From a virus (taxonomy: Duplodnaviria; Caudoviricetes): 48,562 bases of DNA. The notes beneath the pieces are model-generated. The model worked only from the letters and a program-made list of their open reading frames with translations. It was not told the origin of the DNA and did not search any database. A program made the translations under genes and the position numbers. Positions 38,197-46,356 of the stretch are shown here, piece after piece (position 1 is the first letter of the stretch; every line of letters starts with the position of its first letter). The stretch is from IMG/VR virus record IMGVR_UViG_3300033518_000147, positions 1 through 48,562 of that record; one strand, 5' to 3'.

Positions 38197-39255
38197 ATGT
38201 ACGCAAAATATGTATATCAGGCTGGTGCAACTGTAGCAAACATACTAAATGATGTAGTTTTAATATTAACGGGAACGACTGATAAGACGTTGTTATCTAC
38301 TGGTCCTGGAATGGCAGCACCAAATACAGTAGCACAAATAGATACATACATTAACGTATCTTCTAAAACTTCTGGATGGATAAAACATAGCACAACTTTT
38401 TCTGGCACTAACGCAATTGTATTACGTGCTCCATTAGACGTATCAAACGTTACCTCTGTTGACCTTGGAACAATTAACCAAACTCAATATAAGTTCTGTG
38501 AAGTGCTATGTTATGACAATTACAAAATAGGATTACGTTTGTGCGAATATGCAACAACAGCTAATCCAGCGGTATTTACTAATAAAATTGCACTTGCAAA
38601 CATGCATTATGCAGATCAGCAACTTAATACAACAACAGGAGGATATGTTTTAATTTCTGCGTCTGAAAGACATATCGCGTTGTATGGTTATAACAATTCT
38701 TCGCCTGTTCCATACGGAGCACAATCCTCCGGACATAGCGCATCTTATGTATTTGAAAGAACAAGAATATCGCCTTATGACACAAATACAGCTGGATATC
38801 CTCCGGTAGTACAGTATGGAGTTTTTCATGCTGGATATGGATATACTTTAATTGGAGGATTTTATAAATCATGGTTTCCGCGAATAAAAGGAGCAGCAGC
38901 AGACTCGTTAAATGTTGGTCCAACATCAATTCAATTTCCTATATGCTCCACGTTTAATACATCTCATAGAACATTAAACTCAACTACATGTTCGTATCCA
39001 GAAAATACAACAAAAACAATGGATTCAAGCGGAAATCTTGTACACGTATTACATCCAATGTATGCAAGAAAAGATAATCACGAAGTCGCATTTCTTGGTG
39101 GTGAGTTGTCAACGTTTTCAGATATATGGCTTACAACATTTGGATTTGGAAACAATGAGGATGAAATAGTGGTTAATGGCAACACTTACGTGATTTGGAA
39201 AGAATATATCCAAACATCTCCAATGGGATTAAGCATTGCTATTAGAAAAGGATAA
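38197..39255 (+). CDS. Hypothetical virion / receptor-binding protein
   Basis: 352 aa beta-rich, downstream of the fibre gene, TAAGGAG SD. Confidence 0.65.
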   Translation: MYAKYVYQAGATVANILNDVVLILTGTTDKTLLSTGPGMAAPNTVAQIDTYINVSSKTSGWIKHSTTFSGTNAIVLRAPLDVSNVTSVDLGTINQTQYKFCEVLCYDNYKIGLRLCEYATTANPAVFTNKIALANMHYADQQLNTTTGGYVLISASERHIALYGYNNSSPVPYGAQSSGHSASYVFERTRISPYDTNTAGYPPVVQYGVFHAGYGYTLIGGFYKSWFPRIKGAAADSLNVGPTSIQFPICSTFNTSHRTLNSTTCSYPENTTKTMDSSGNLVHVLHPMYARKDNHEVAFLGGELSTFSDIWLTTFGFGNNEDEIVVNGNTYVIWKEYIQTSPMGLSIAIRKG

Positions 39256-39266
39256 GGAGAATAAGT

Positions 39267-39509
39267 ATGACTACTTGGGCAAATAACGGAGTAATATTAA
39301 TAGATAACGTTTTTCCATTAACAGAAAAAATATCTGCAGGTGATTATATTAAAAACACAAGCATTGGAATATTGTCGTATAACGTTATTCCATCTATAAA
39401 TGATGTTAAAGCTGGTACTGCTTATGGATTGAATTTAAAACTAATTGGAACACTTATTTCTGGCGGTGGTTCTTTTCCATCTGTAAACGCTGGAAGATGG
39501 AGTTGTTAA
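39267..39509 (+). CDS. Small hypothetical virion-associated protein
   Basis: 80 aa, TAAGGAG SD, DVKAGTAYG...GTL motif. Confidence 0.65.
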   Translation: MTTWANNGVILIDNVFPLTEKISAGDYIKNTSIGILSYNVIPSINDVKAGTAYGLNLKLIGTLISGGGSFPSVNAGRWSC

Positions 39510-39556
39510 TATTCTTATTAAAATTCAAGTCTTGTTTACAAGTCTTGATAATTTGG

Positions 39557-39581
39557 AAAGCACGCTTTAGGCGTGTTTTTT
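39557..39581 (+). terminator. Intrinsic terminator ending the tail operon
   Basis: AAAGCACGC-TTTAG-GCGTGTTTTTT. Confidence 0.8.
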
Positions 39582-39826
39582 ATCTTTTATAGTCTTGCTA
39601 ATCAGCAAGCAACAAGATGGTATTTCACATATCAAATAGCATTGCTAATAAGCAATGAATAGGATGGTATTATTTTATAAGAATAGTTGTGATTTATCAC
39701 TCAAATAATGCTGTTTTTTGACTAATATTTGTATCTCAACACCATAAGTGTTGATTATTATACATAAAAATATTATTCTGTATTTATACTCTTGCGTGGT
39801 ATTTATTATAAAAAGACTATTGAAAC

Positions 39827-39978
39827 GGATTGCTTTTTGTAATTTCTTTAGCGTGTACATAAAGTTTATCGTCTCTATTGCGGTTTTTGAAGGGTGCCCT
39901 TTTAAGGGGAGTGTCGAAAAATCGAGGAGATTAGCAATAAAGACGATGGAACATTATGTAAAGTTACAAAAAGCAACC
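39827..39978 (+). ncRNA. Candidate ~150-nt rod-like structured RNA or ssDNA hairpin
   Basis: Nested inverted repeats TTGCTTTTTGTAA/TTACAAAAAGCAA, TACATAA/TTATGTA, ATCGTCTCTATTGC/GCAATAAAGACGAT, GGTTTTT/AAAAATC, CCCTT/AAGGG. Confidence 0.55.
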
Positions 39979-40003
39979 TACAGGTAATTAAAAGGGAATT
40001 AAA

Positions 40004-40441
40004 ATGTCTGATGAAAACACAAACACAAGATTAGTAAAATTGGAAGTAAAGCAAGAGATATTAGATTCCAATTACCGAGATTTAAGAATTTATATTGACT
40101 TTGCGATGAAAGATTTGAAAGCAGATTTTGAAAGAACTACTAAAACATTAAAGTCTGATTTTGATACAAAATTTCATGAAAACAAAGTTGATGTTGATAA
40201 AAAATTAGACGATTTAAAAAATGATATGAAATCTGGTTTTGTTGAGCAAAACGCAAAACTGGATAATATAATTAAAACCCTTTCTGTTGTTGATTTAGTA
40301 AAAATGAATGACTCTGTTAACGAAATGGAGCATAAAAAAATCGAATTTACTAGCAGCTATAAAATGATCATTATTTTAATAACGTGTGCTGGATCTGTAG
40401 CGCTAGCACTAGATTGGATATTTGCTCACTTAGTTAAATAA
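40004..40441 (+). CDS. Coiled-coil protein with a C-terminal transmembrane helix
   Basis: TRLVKLE, heptad-like repeats, IIILITCAGSVALALDWIF. Confidence 0.7.
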   Translation: MSDENTNTRLVKLEVKQEILDSNYRDLRIYIDFAMKDLKADFERTTKTLKSDFDTKFHENKVDVDKKLDDLKNDMKSGFVEQNAKLDNIIKTLSVVDLVKMNDSVNEMEHKKIEFTSSYKMIIILITCAGSVALALDWIFAHLVK

Positions 40442-40500
40442 TTGACTTTAAAACTCCTTTTAGTATCATATTTACATACTAAATCAAATAAGGAGTTTGC

Positions 40501-40935
40501 ATGACAACCATTATCGCTAGCGTTTCTCAACAATCAATGGCATCGGATAGTTGGGGCACAATAGAACCTCTTCCCTTTGCTCTCATTAAAAAGATTTACC
40601 GACTAAAGAACGGGGAATTGCTTGGATTCGCTGGAGACGTTGATAATGCGTATTGTTTTATAGATTGGTGTAATAAAGGCTTTGATTTAAAGAATAAACC
40701 TACTTTTAATGAAGATAGGATGATTGCTCTAATATTAAAGAAGACGCATATCACTCTATACACAAAATCATTCATCCCTTTAAGATTACATAATGACTTT
40801 TACGCTATTGGAACTGGAGCTGACGCTGCTACTGCTGCAATGATTTGTGGAAAATCATTAAAAGATTCCATTGAAGTAGCTTGTAAAGTAGATTATGCAT
40901 ATTCTGGATTGCCTGCTGTCGTAAAGAAATTATAA
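40501..40935 (+). CDS. Ntn-hydrolase (HslV / proteasome beta-like) phage peptidase
   Basis: N-terminal MTTII, ASDS, KI, GFAGD, AIGTGADAA, ACKVD. Confidence 0.82.
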   Translation: MTTIIASVSQQSMASDSWGTIEPLPFALIKKIYRLKNGELLGFAGDVDNAYCFIDWCNKGFDLKNKPTFNEDRMIALILKKTHITLYTKSFIPLRLHNDFYAIGTGADAATAAMICGKSLKDSIEVACKVDYAYSGLPAVVKKL

Positions 40936-41025
40936 AATACTTGTAAAATTTGACTATTCTCATAATTTTGTTATAACTATTAGTGTTAGCAATAACATTG
41001 ATAAGAATAATAAGGAGATTATAAA

Positions 41026-42678
41026 ATGTCAAAGAACTATAAAAATAAGGACAATTACGACAGATGGTTAAAAGAATGGAACTCTAACGGTAGATTAGCA
41101 ACAAAAGCAGCTCATACAGTAGGAGTTAGACCTAGAACAGCACGAGATTGGGCTTTTGAAATTAAAGAAACAGAGAAAAAATCTAATGTATGTATTACTA
41201 TTAATGCTGAAACAAAAGAAGAAATAGATCCATTCAATAAACACATAGAAGATACTTTAAAATCTAACACTACTAAAACAGCAAAACGCTTTCACGAAGA
41301 AGAAGTAGAGACTTTTAAGAACTATAAGACGTTCGTAATAACCAGTGTTCAAAACGATACTCCTATCAATGAGGATGCACTTTTAGCACTAGAAAATTAT
41401 TGCTTTATTCATAATGCTAAACTGATTATTGTTCCTAGTCTTTATAAATTTAGCCTTACTCATTCTAAATTTAATGTCGATAAAAAGTATCTGATGTTTA
41501 AAAACGTTCAGATAAACAATAAATTAAAGCTTTTATCAACTTTAAACATATCACCCTCTATCACTGCACCATTAGCTGGTATTGATAACCTATCAATGGG
41601 TTTAAGCGTTATTGTTCCTCATCCTCAAGTTGAACGCAAACCTCTTCCTTCTTTAACGGGATCTCCTGCTCTCATGCAAACGACAGGATCTATCAGTTTA
41701 AGAGATACATGCTACTCCAACACAAAGACAGGCTATAAAGCCGAATTCCATCACTCTTACAGTGCATTAGTCGTTGAATTAGGAGAAGGTAATGAGTTCT
41801 TTATGCGTTGCCTTAATTTCGATGACGATAATGGATTTTTTGACATCAAAGGCTATTACACAAAAGATACGTTTACAAAATTGAATGGAGTTGAAGGGAT
41901 TGCGTGCGGTGATATACATGTAGACGTTTTAGATGAAGAATTAAAGCAAATGTTCTTTATAAAACCTGATTGCGTTTTAAACGTATTAAAGCCATCAAAG
42001 TTGATATTGCACGATCTGATTGACTTTGGATCTGGAAGTCATCACGATAATTCTAATTATCTTTTAAAAGCAGCTAAACATTTGACTGGAGTAAATGATG
42101 TTGCAAAAGAATTGTGTAGATCGGCACAATTTTTAGAAGAGATTAAAAGAGATGATATGGAAGTAATTTTAATTCCATCGAACCATAACGATCATGTCTA
42201 TAAATGGTTAACTACTTCTAATCCGCATTACGACTTGCAAAATAGCGTGATTTATCACTTCCTTTGTTATCACATGTTAATCAACATAGAAGAGACTAAG
42301 ACGGGTCCTAAATTCCCTAATTTAATTAAATTATTTTATGAAAATTGGAAGCATGGCTATTCTCTTCCAAATATTAACTACTTGAATAGATCACAAAGCT
42401 ACAAGATACATGACGTTGAACTCTCTCAACATGGTGATGTTGCTGTTAATGGATCCAAAGGTTCTCCTGCTGGATTTGCACGCATTCCATCTAAAACAAT
42501 AATTGGTCACTCTCACTCTGCTCAAATAAAGTACGGCTGTTATCAATTAGGAACATTTTCTTATCTGAATTTACCTTATGCAAATGGTGCTAGTACCTGG
42601 ACTCAAACGTTTGTTGTTATCTATCCAAACGGAAAAAGACAAATGATAGATATCATTAATGGTAAATGGCACGGTTAA
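41026..42678 (+). CDS. Metallophosphoesterase / nuclease resembling phage T5 A1, with N-terminal HTH-like segment
   Basis: ITSVQNDTP, KAEFHH, GDIH, HDLID, SNHND, HGD..NG, GHSH, YPNGKR; 550 aa. Confidence 0.75.
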   Translation: MSKNYKNKDNYDRWLKEWNSNGRLATKAAHTVGVRPRTARDWAFEIKETEKKSNVCITINAETKEEIDPFNKHIEDTLKSNTTKTAKRFHEEEVETFKNYKTFVITSVQNDTPINEDALLALENYCFIHNAKLIIVPSLYKFSLTHSKFNVDKKYLMFKNVQINNKLKLLSTLNISPSITAPLAGIDNLSMGLSVIVPHPQVERKPLPSLTGSPALMQTTGSISLRDTCYSNTKTGYKAEFHHSYSALVVELGEGNEFFMRCLNFDDDNGFFDIKGYYTKDTFTKLNGVEGIACGDIHVDVLDEELKQMFFIKPDCVLNVLKPSKLILHDLIDFGSGSHHDNSNYLLKAAKHLTGVNDVAKELCRSAQFLEEIKRDDMEVILIPSNHNDHVYKWLTTSNPHYDLQNSVIYHFLCYHMLINIEETKTGPKFPNLIKLFYENWKHGYSLPNINYLNRSQSYKIHDVELSQHGDVAVNGSKGSPAGFARIPSKTIIGHSHSAQIKYGCYQLGTFSYLNLPYANGASTWTQTFVVIYPNGKRQMIDIINGKWHG

Positions 42679-42696
42679 TAATTTAAATTTAATAGC

Positions 42697-42721
42697 AAGC
42701 CTCCTAAAAGGGGGCTTTTTT
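42697..42721 (+). terminator. Intrinsic terminator
   Basis: AAGCCTCC-TAAAA-GGGGGCTTTTTT. Confidence 0.8.
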
Positions 42722-42771
42722 ATTTCTATTTTATGATATAAGATAATGTTATATTAGCAGGAATATCAATA

Positions 42772-43017
42772 ATGGATAAAGTAAACAGACGATATAAAGC
42801 TATTCTTGCTTTGCTTATATTTACAGCAATATTCTTATCTACTTTATCTGTACAAGCAAAAGAACAGATAACAGAAAATCAAGATGGATCAATAACAGTA
42901 TCAAAAGAGGCTCTGGCTGAATGGTTGCAACTGCGAGCATTGCAAGACATTAAACAAAGAGAATTAGATAGACAGATTAAAGAGATTGAAAAGAAGTTAA
43001 CCTATAAGTGCTCGTAA
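42772..43017 (+). CDS. Small exported protein with signal peptide at the head of the lysis cassette
   Basis: Basic N-region, hydrophobic core, VQA cleavage site. Confidence 0.65.
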   Translation: MDKVNRRYKAILALLIFTAIFLSTLSVQAKEQITENQDGSITVSKEALAEWLQLRALQDIKQRELDRQIKEIEKKLTYKCS

Positions 43018-43656
43018 ATGGAGAATAAAATGGATGAAGTTGAATTAGATTTAAGAGAGCAAATATTGAGAAAATACGGCATTCGCTTCCGTGATATGTT
43101 AAAGCATTTCATTAGATTTGAGGCTGGAAAAGATTTAGATGTTGTAATGCGTAATGATTTGTTCTGGTATGGCGACCTATCAACAAAAGATGGAAGATGG
43201 TTATGCGGTTATACAGACGGAAAGACTGGAGCATCTAAAAAAGATAAAGGCGGAGAAACGAAATACGGATTTGCTCAAAATTCACACAAGAATTTAGTAG
43301 TGCGTGATCTTATATTTCCAGATGTAGTAGATCTTTATTATGAGTTATATGCTACTCCAATGCGATACGAAGAATTAAAAGCAAAAACAGCTGATGTGGT
43401 ATTAGATATTGCTGTTGGATCTGGACCTGGAAAAGCAATAAGAATGTTACAAAAGGTTTTAAAAATAACTCAAGATGGAATATTTGGACCAAGAACGTTA
43501 GAAATAGCAAATGAGTATGACGATCATATATTATTTGAATTGCTATCAAATGAACGTGCTGCTTTTTATCACAGGATCGTATTTAATGATCCTACTCAAG
43601 AAATATTTATTGATGGATGGATTAATAGGGTTAATGGATTAAAGGAGATCGTATGA
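43018..43656 (+). CDS. Endolysin, glycoside hydrolase family 108 with peptidoglycan-binding C-terminus
   Basis: DKGGETKYG, DIAVGSGP, LQK.L....DGIFGPRT, FIDGWINRV; ATG 43030 (after GGAG) may be the true start. Confidence 0.9.
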   Translation: MENKMDEVELDLREQILRKYGIRFRDMLKHFIRFEAGKDLDVVMRNDLFWYGDLSTKDGRWLCGYTDGKTGASKKDKGGETKYGFAQNSHKNLVVRDLIFPDVVDLYYELYATPMRYEELKAKTADVVLDIAVGSGPGKAIRMLQKVLKITQDGIFGPRTLEIANEYDDHILFELLSNERAAFYHRIVFNDPTQEIFIDGWINRVNGLKEIV

Positions 43657-43952
43657 AAAGATTTGTAAAAGATTTGGTAACTGAATCTGATAATGAAACG
43701 TATGACTATAACAGAGTATTGATTATATTATTTGCGTTTTTAATCATATTTCTAACACTGTGGGTATTGTTTCATGATGGAAAAGTAGTAACGCAATTAA
43801 CGGAATGGATAGTAGCAATACTTGGTGGTGGTGGAGTAGGAAATGCTTTGAAGGGAAGATTTGAACCTCCTAGCCAAAGGGTTGTAATACCTCCTCCTAG
43901 ATCTGTTATTCCAGCGGGTAAGCCTATTGATCCAGAAGACGAAGTAAAGTAG
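43653..43952 (+). CDS. Holin
   Basis: Two hydrophobic segments, ATGA overlap with the endolysin. Confidence 0.7.
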   Translation: MKRFVKDLVTESDNETYDYNRVLIILFAFLIIFLTLWVLFHDGKVVTQLTEWIVAILGGGGVGNALKGRFEPPSQRVVIPPPRSVIPAGKPIDPEDEVK

Positions 43953-43970
43953 CATATAAACGGATTTATT

Positions 43971-44339
43971 ATGTCATTTCTAAATTTTCTAATACCTACC
44001 TGGTTTAAGTACTTGAGTCTTGTTCTAACAATCCTCGGCTTGTTTTTTTCGGGATGGTACAAAGGAGCTGAATACGAGCGAACACAAACGCTTGCAAAAG
44101 AAGCTCAACAAATTAACATCAAAATTATTGAGTTAAATGAGCGTATCAATTATCAAAACTTTTTAATAGCACAAGAGAATGCTATAAAAGTTGAAAAAGA
44201 AAAGGAGCGTGCATTAATTACAAAAGAACTTGATCAACAAAGAAAACACATCGCAGAACTCATTAAAAAGATTCCAGCTAACAAGGACTGCGATGTGCCA
44301 TCTGAAATTGTCGATAACATCAATGAGTTGTTAAAATGA
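43971..44339 (+). CDS. Rz-like inner-membrane spanin
   Basis: N-terminal TM (GLFFSGWYKG), coiled coil, C-terminal Cys. Confidence 0.78.
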   Translation: MSFLNFLIPTWFKYLSLVLTILGLFFSGWYKGAEYERTQTLAKEAQQINIKIIELNERINYQNFLIAQENAIKVEKEKERALITKELDQQRKHIAELIKKIPANKDCDVPSEIVDNINELLK

Positions 44340-44656
44340 AATACGTAATTATATTATTTGCATTGTTATTATCGGGCTGTGCAACAGATAAGCCTTTGAT
44401 TATTGATAACAAGCCAATTATTAGACCTCTTCCGTCGATGTTAGAGTGTGAGCAGCTTACTAAACTTGATAATGGTACAAGAGAAGCATTAGTAAACAAG
44501 ATAGCCGAATTAGCGTCAATATACAAAGAATGTGCATTACTAAATAAAGAAAAGAAAGAATGGATAGAAAGAGGGGTTGTTGTTGATATAAAAGCCCACG
44601 GCAAAAAGCCAACGGCAAATGATTTACCAGTGCTGAAAGCACGTAGATATAAATAA
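44336..44656 (+). CDS. Rz1-like outer-membrane lipoprotein spanin
   Basis: Lipobox LLSGC, Pro-rich segment, two further Cys; implies a Gram-negative host. Confidence 0.8.
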   Translation: MKYVIILFALLLSGCATDKPLIIDNKPIIRPLPSMLECEQLTKLDNGTREALVNKIAELASIYKECALLNKEKKEWIERGVVVDIKAHGKKPTANDLPVLKARRYK

Positions 44657-44657
44657 T

Positions 44658-44685
44658 TTGACAATATCTATTATTTAGATATAAT
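44658..44685 (+). promoter_or_regulatory. Consensus sigma70 promoter for the tRNA cluster
   Basis: TTGACA-16 nt-TATAAT. Confidence 0.8.
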
Positions 44686-44815
44686 TTAATTGTTGCTTAG
44701 GTAGCTCCTAAGATAATCTAGCAAGCTGTAACAGCATCTGGTTAAGCTAGTGAAAGAAGACCTAATGACTCATTGTTAAGTCAATAGAATACTTAGGTAG
44801 TTCCAGAACAAATTT

Positions 44816-44890
44816 GGTGTCATCGTATAGTGGTTAATACTACGGGCTGTCTACTCGTTAACAAGAGTTCGATTCTCTTTGACACCGCCA
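44816..44890 (+). tRNA. tRNA-Asp(GTC)
   Basis: Acceptor GGTGTCA/TGACACC, anticodon arm ACGGG-CTGTCTA-CTCGT, TTCGATT T-loop, encoded CCA. Confidence 0.9.
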
Positions 44891-44895
44891 ATTAT

Positions 44896-44970
44896 GCTGC
44901 TGTCGTCTACTGGCTAGGACATATGACTTTCATTCATATAAAGACGGATCGAAACCGTTCAGCAGTACCA
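44896..44970 (+). tRNA. tRNA-Glu(TTC)
   Basis: Acceptor GCTGCTG/CAGCAGT, anticodon arm TATGA-CTTTCAT-TCATA, atypical T-loop ATCGAAA, CCA. Confidence 0.85.
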
Positions 44971-44976
44971 AATATA

Positions 44977-45049
44977 GGGGTTTTAGTTAAATTGGTAAAA
45001 TACAGGCTTTACGTCTGAGTAAGTGGTTCGATTCCACTAAACTCCACCA
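44977..45049 (+). tRNA. tRNA with aberrant anticodon loop (Val(TAC)-like, or TTA in an alternative fold)
   Basis: Acceptor GGGGTTT/AAACTCC, T-arm AGTGG-TTCGATT-CCACT, CCA; CAGGC-TTTAC-GTCTG leaves a 5-nt loop. Confidence 0.75.
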
Positions 45050-45053
45050 ACAT

Positions 45054-46115
45054 TTATCCCATTTTATCAGCTAAATGCGTACTGCGTTGCTTGAAATAAC
45101 GGCTTAACGTATTAAAGTTTGTATGCCCGACTATTTTCATTATCTCAATGTCTGATAATGTTCCCTTTTCAAATAGCCTTGATACTGCTTCATGTCTTAA
45201 ATCGTGGATCGTAAAATCTTTTAAACCAGCACGTTTTACAGCTCGTCCGAAAGATTTAGCAAGCGTATCACTGTCTTTCCATTCTCCAAATAATAAATCA
45301 TCGCTTTTATGTGGTTTTAAGGCACTTAACTCTTCTAGTAGTGTGATAGTACGCTTACTCATCGGAACCGCTCTAAAACGCTTTGTTTTAACGTGTTCTT
45401 CCAGTATTTGCAAGTCTCTATTCTTATAATCGACATACTTCCATTGAAGTGTTAATAACTCCTGTGAACGTAATGCTGTTTCTAGAAATAGTTCAATAAA
45501 TATGGGATATATTTTATTGTGTTTTAATCCCGTTCTCAAACCTAGAAGCATTTTTTCCCATTCTCCGTCTTCTAGTCGTCTTTCTCTTGGTTTACTCCAT
45601 GCTCCTGGTACGTCAATATCAAAAAATAGGTTTCCTGATAATTCGTAATTCTCTTTGCTTGCATGCCATTTGATAATCGTTCTTAACTGAATGAAATATT
45701 TTCTAATAGTGCTTGGAGCGTAATGCTTGATGACTTCTGTTTGCACTTTCTTATTGGATGGTGCTGGTATAGGTATCGTGTGCATTGCGTCTACAAACTT
45801 GCGTAAACGTTCATTGTTTAGCTCACGTATCGCAAACCCTGCAAGCATTCCTGCCAGTGCGTTAGACATCTGCAACTCGTTTCCAGTTGGAGACTTGGCA
45901 CGCTTGTATTGCTCTACCACTTCCTCAAAAAGCTCTTTACCGTACTCTTTATGTTGCTTTCCCTCGTCTATCTTTGTCTCGATAGACCTTGCCCATTTCT
46001 CGGCTTCTTTGCGTGTTTTAAACGATTTGCTAGTGAACGGTAAACCAGCACGTACAACACGTGCCTCGTATGACAAACGCCCACTCTTTAGCGTCTTCTC
46101 TGCAATGTGTGCCAT
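45054..46115 (-). CDS. int: Tyrosine integrase
   Basis: Start MAHIAEK at 46115 (AGAAAGG upstream); arm-binding-like N-terminus SKSFKTRKEAEKWA; catalytic TALR, KTK, HDLRH, GH, RY. Confidence 0.93.
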   Translation of the reverse strand: MAHIAEKTLKSGRLSYEARVVRAGLPFTSKSFKTRKEAEKWARSIETKIDEGKQHKEYGKELFEEVVEQYKRAKSPTGNELQMSNALAGMLAGFAIRELNNERLRKFVDAMHTIPIPAPSNKKVQTEVIKHYAPSTIRKYFIQLRTIIKWHASKENYELSGNLFFDIDVPGAWSKPRERRLEDGEWEKMLLGLRTGLKHNKIYPIFIELFLETALRSQELLTLQWKYVDYKNRDLQILEEHVKTKRFRAVPMSKRTITLLEELSALKPHKSDDLLFGEWKDSDTLAKSFGRAVKRAGLKDFTIHDLRHEAVSRLFEKGTLSDIEIMKIVGHTNFNTLSRYFKQRSTHLADKMG

Positions 46116-46127
46116 TTGTAGCCTTTC

Positions 46128-46144
46128 TGTAGATTTCGTGTAGA
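46128..46144. repeat. Probable integrase arm-type site (left), TGTAGATTTCGTGTAGA
   Basis: 16/17 identical direct repeat at 46335-46351, on the other side of the att core. Confidence 0.65.
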
Positions 46145-46209
46145 ATTTATAACACACGCTGACAGAAAAGCGTTGTTTTAATTGAGAAAAACGTTTGTTG
46201 TGAAACCAC

Positions 46210-46254
46210 CTTGTAAGCGGTAGGTCGCGGGTTCGACTCCTGCAATCGGCACCA
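46210..46254 (+). other. attP core: 3' half of tRNA-Thr(TGT)
   Basis: CTTGTAA anticodon loop, GCGGG-TTCGACT-CCTGC T-arm, AATCGGC-A-CCA; 5' half absent; next to int. Confidence 0.88.
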
Positions 46255-46334
46255 TAAATCCTTGATTTCATTGGCTTTTTCACTACAACCACTGGACTGC
46301 AACGGTCCAAAATGGCCAATAGAATACAAAATAG

Positions 46335-46351
46335 TGTAGATTTCATGTAGA
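46335..46351. repeat. Probable integrase arm-type site (right), TGTAGATTTCATGTAGA
   Basis: Direct repeat of 46128-46144. Confidence 0.65.
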
Positions 46352-46356
46352 TCAAG

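Noticed and set aside
37148-39509. Diversity-generating retroelement or invertible tail-fibre cassette
   Set aside because: No reverse transcriptase, template/variable repeat pair or invertase seen near the fibre genes
39675-39987. ORFs 39675-39860 (-) and 39748-39987 (+); also a retron msr-msd reading of the hairpin
   Set aside because: The ORFs lack SDs and overlap the inverted-repeat structure; no reverse transcriptase is in the window
44830-45018. 62-aa ORF
   Set aside because: It lies entirely over the tRNA genes
44977-45049. Genome-wide TAA stop-codon reassignment
   Set aside because: Long genes are intact under the standard code and many end at TAA directly before the next SD or terminator
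46205-46254. Functional fourth tRNA (Thr)
   Set aside because: The 5' acceptor strand and D-arm are absent; it is an att core
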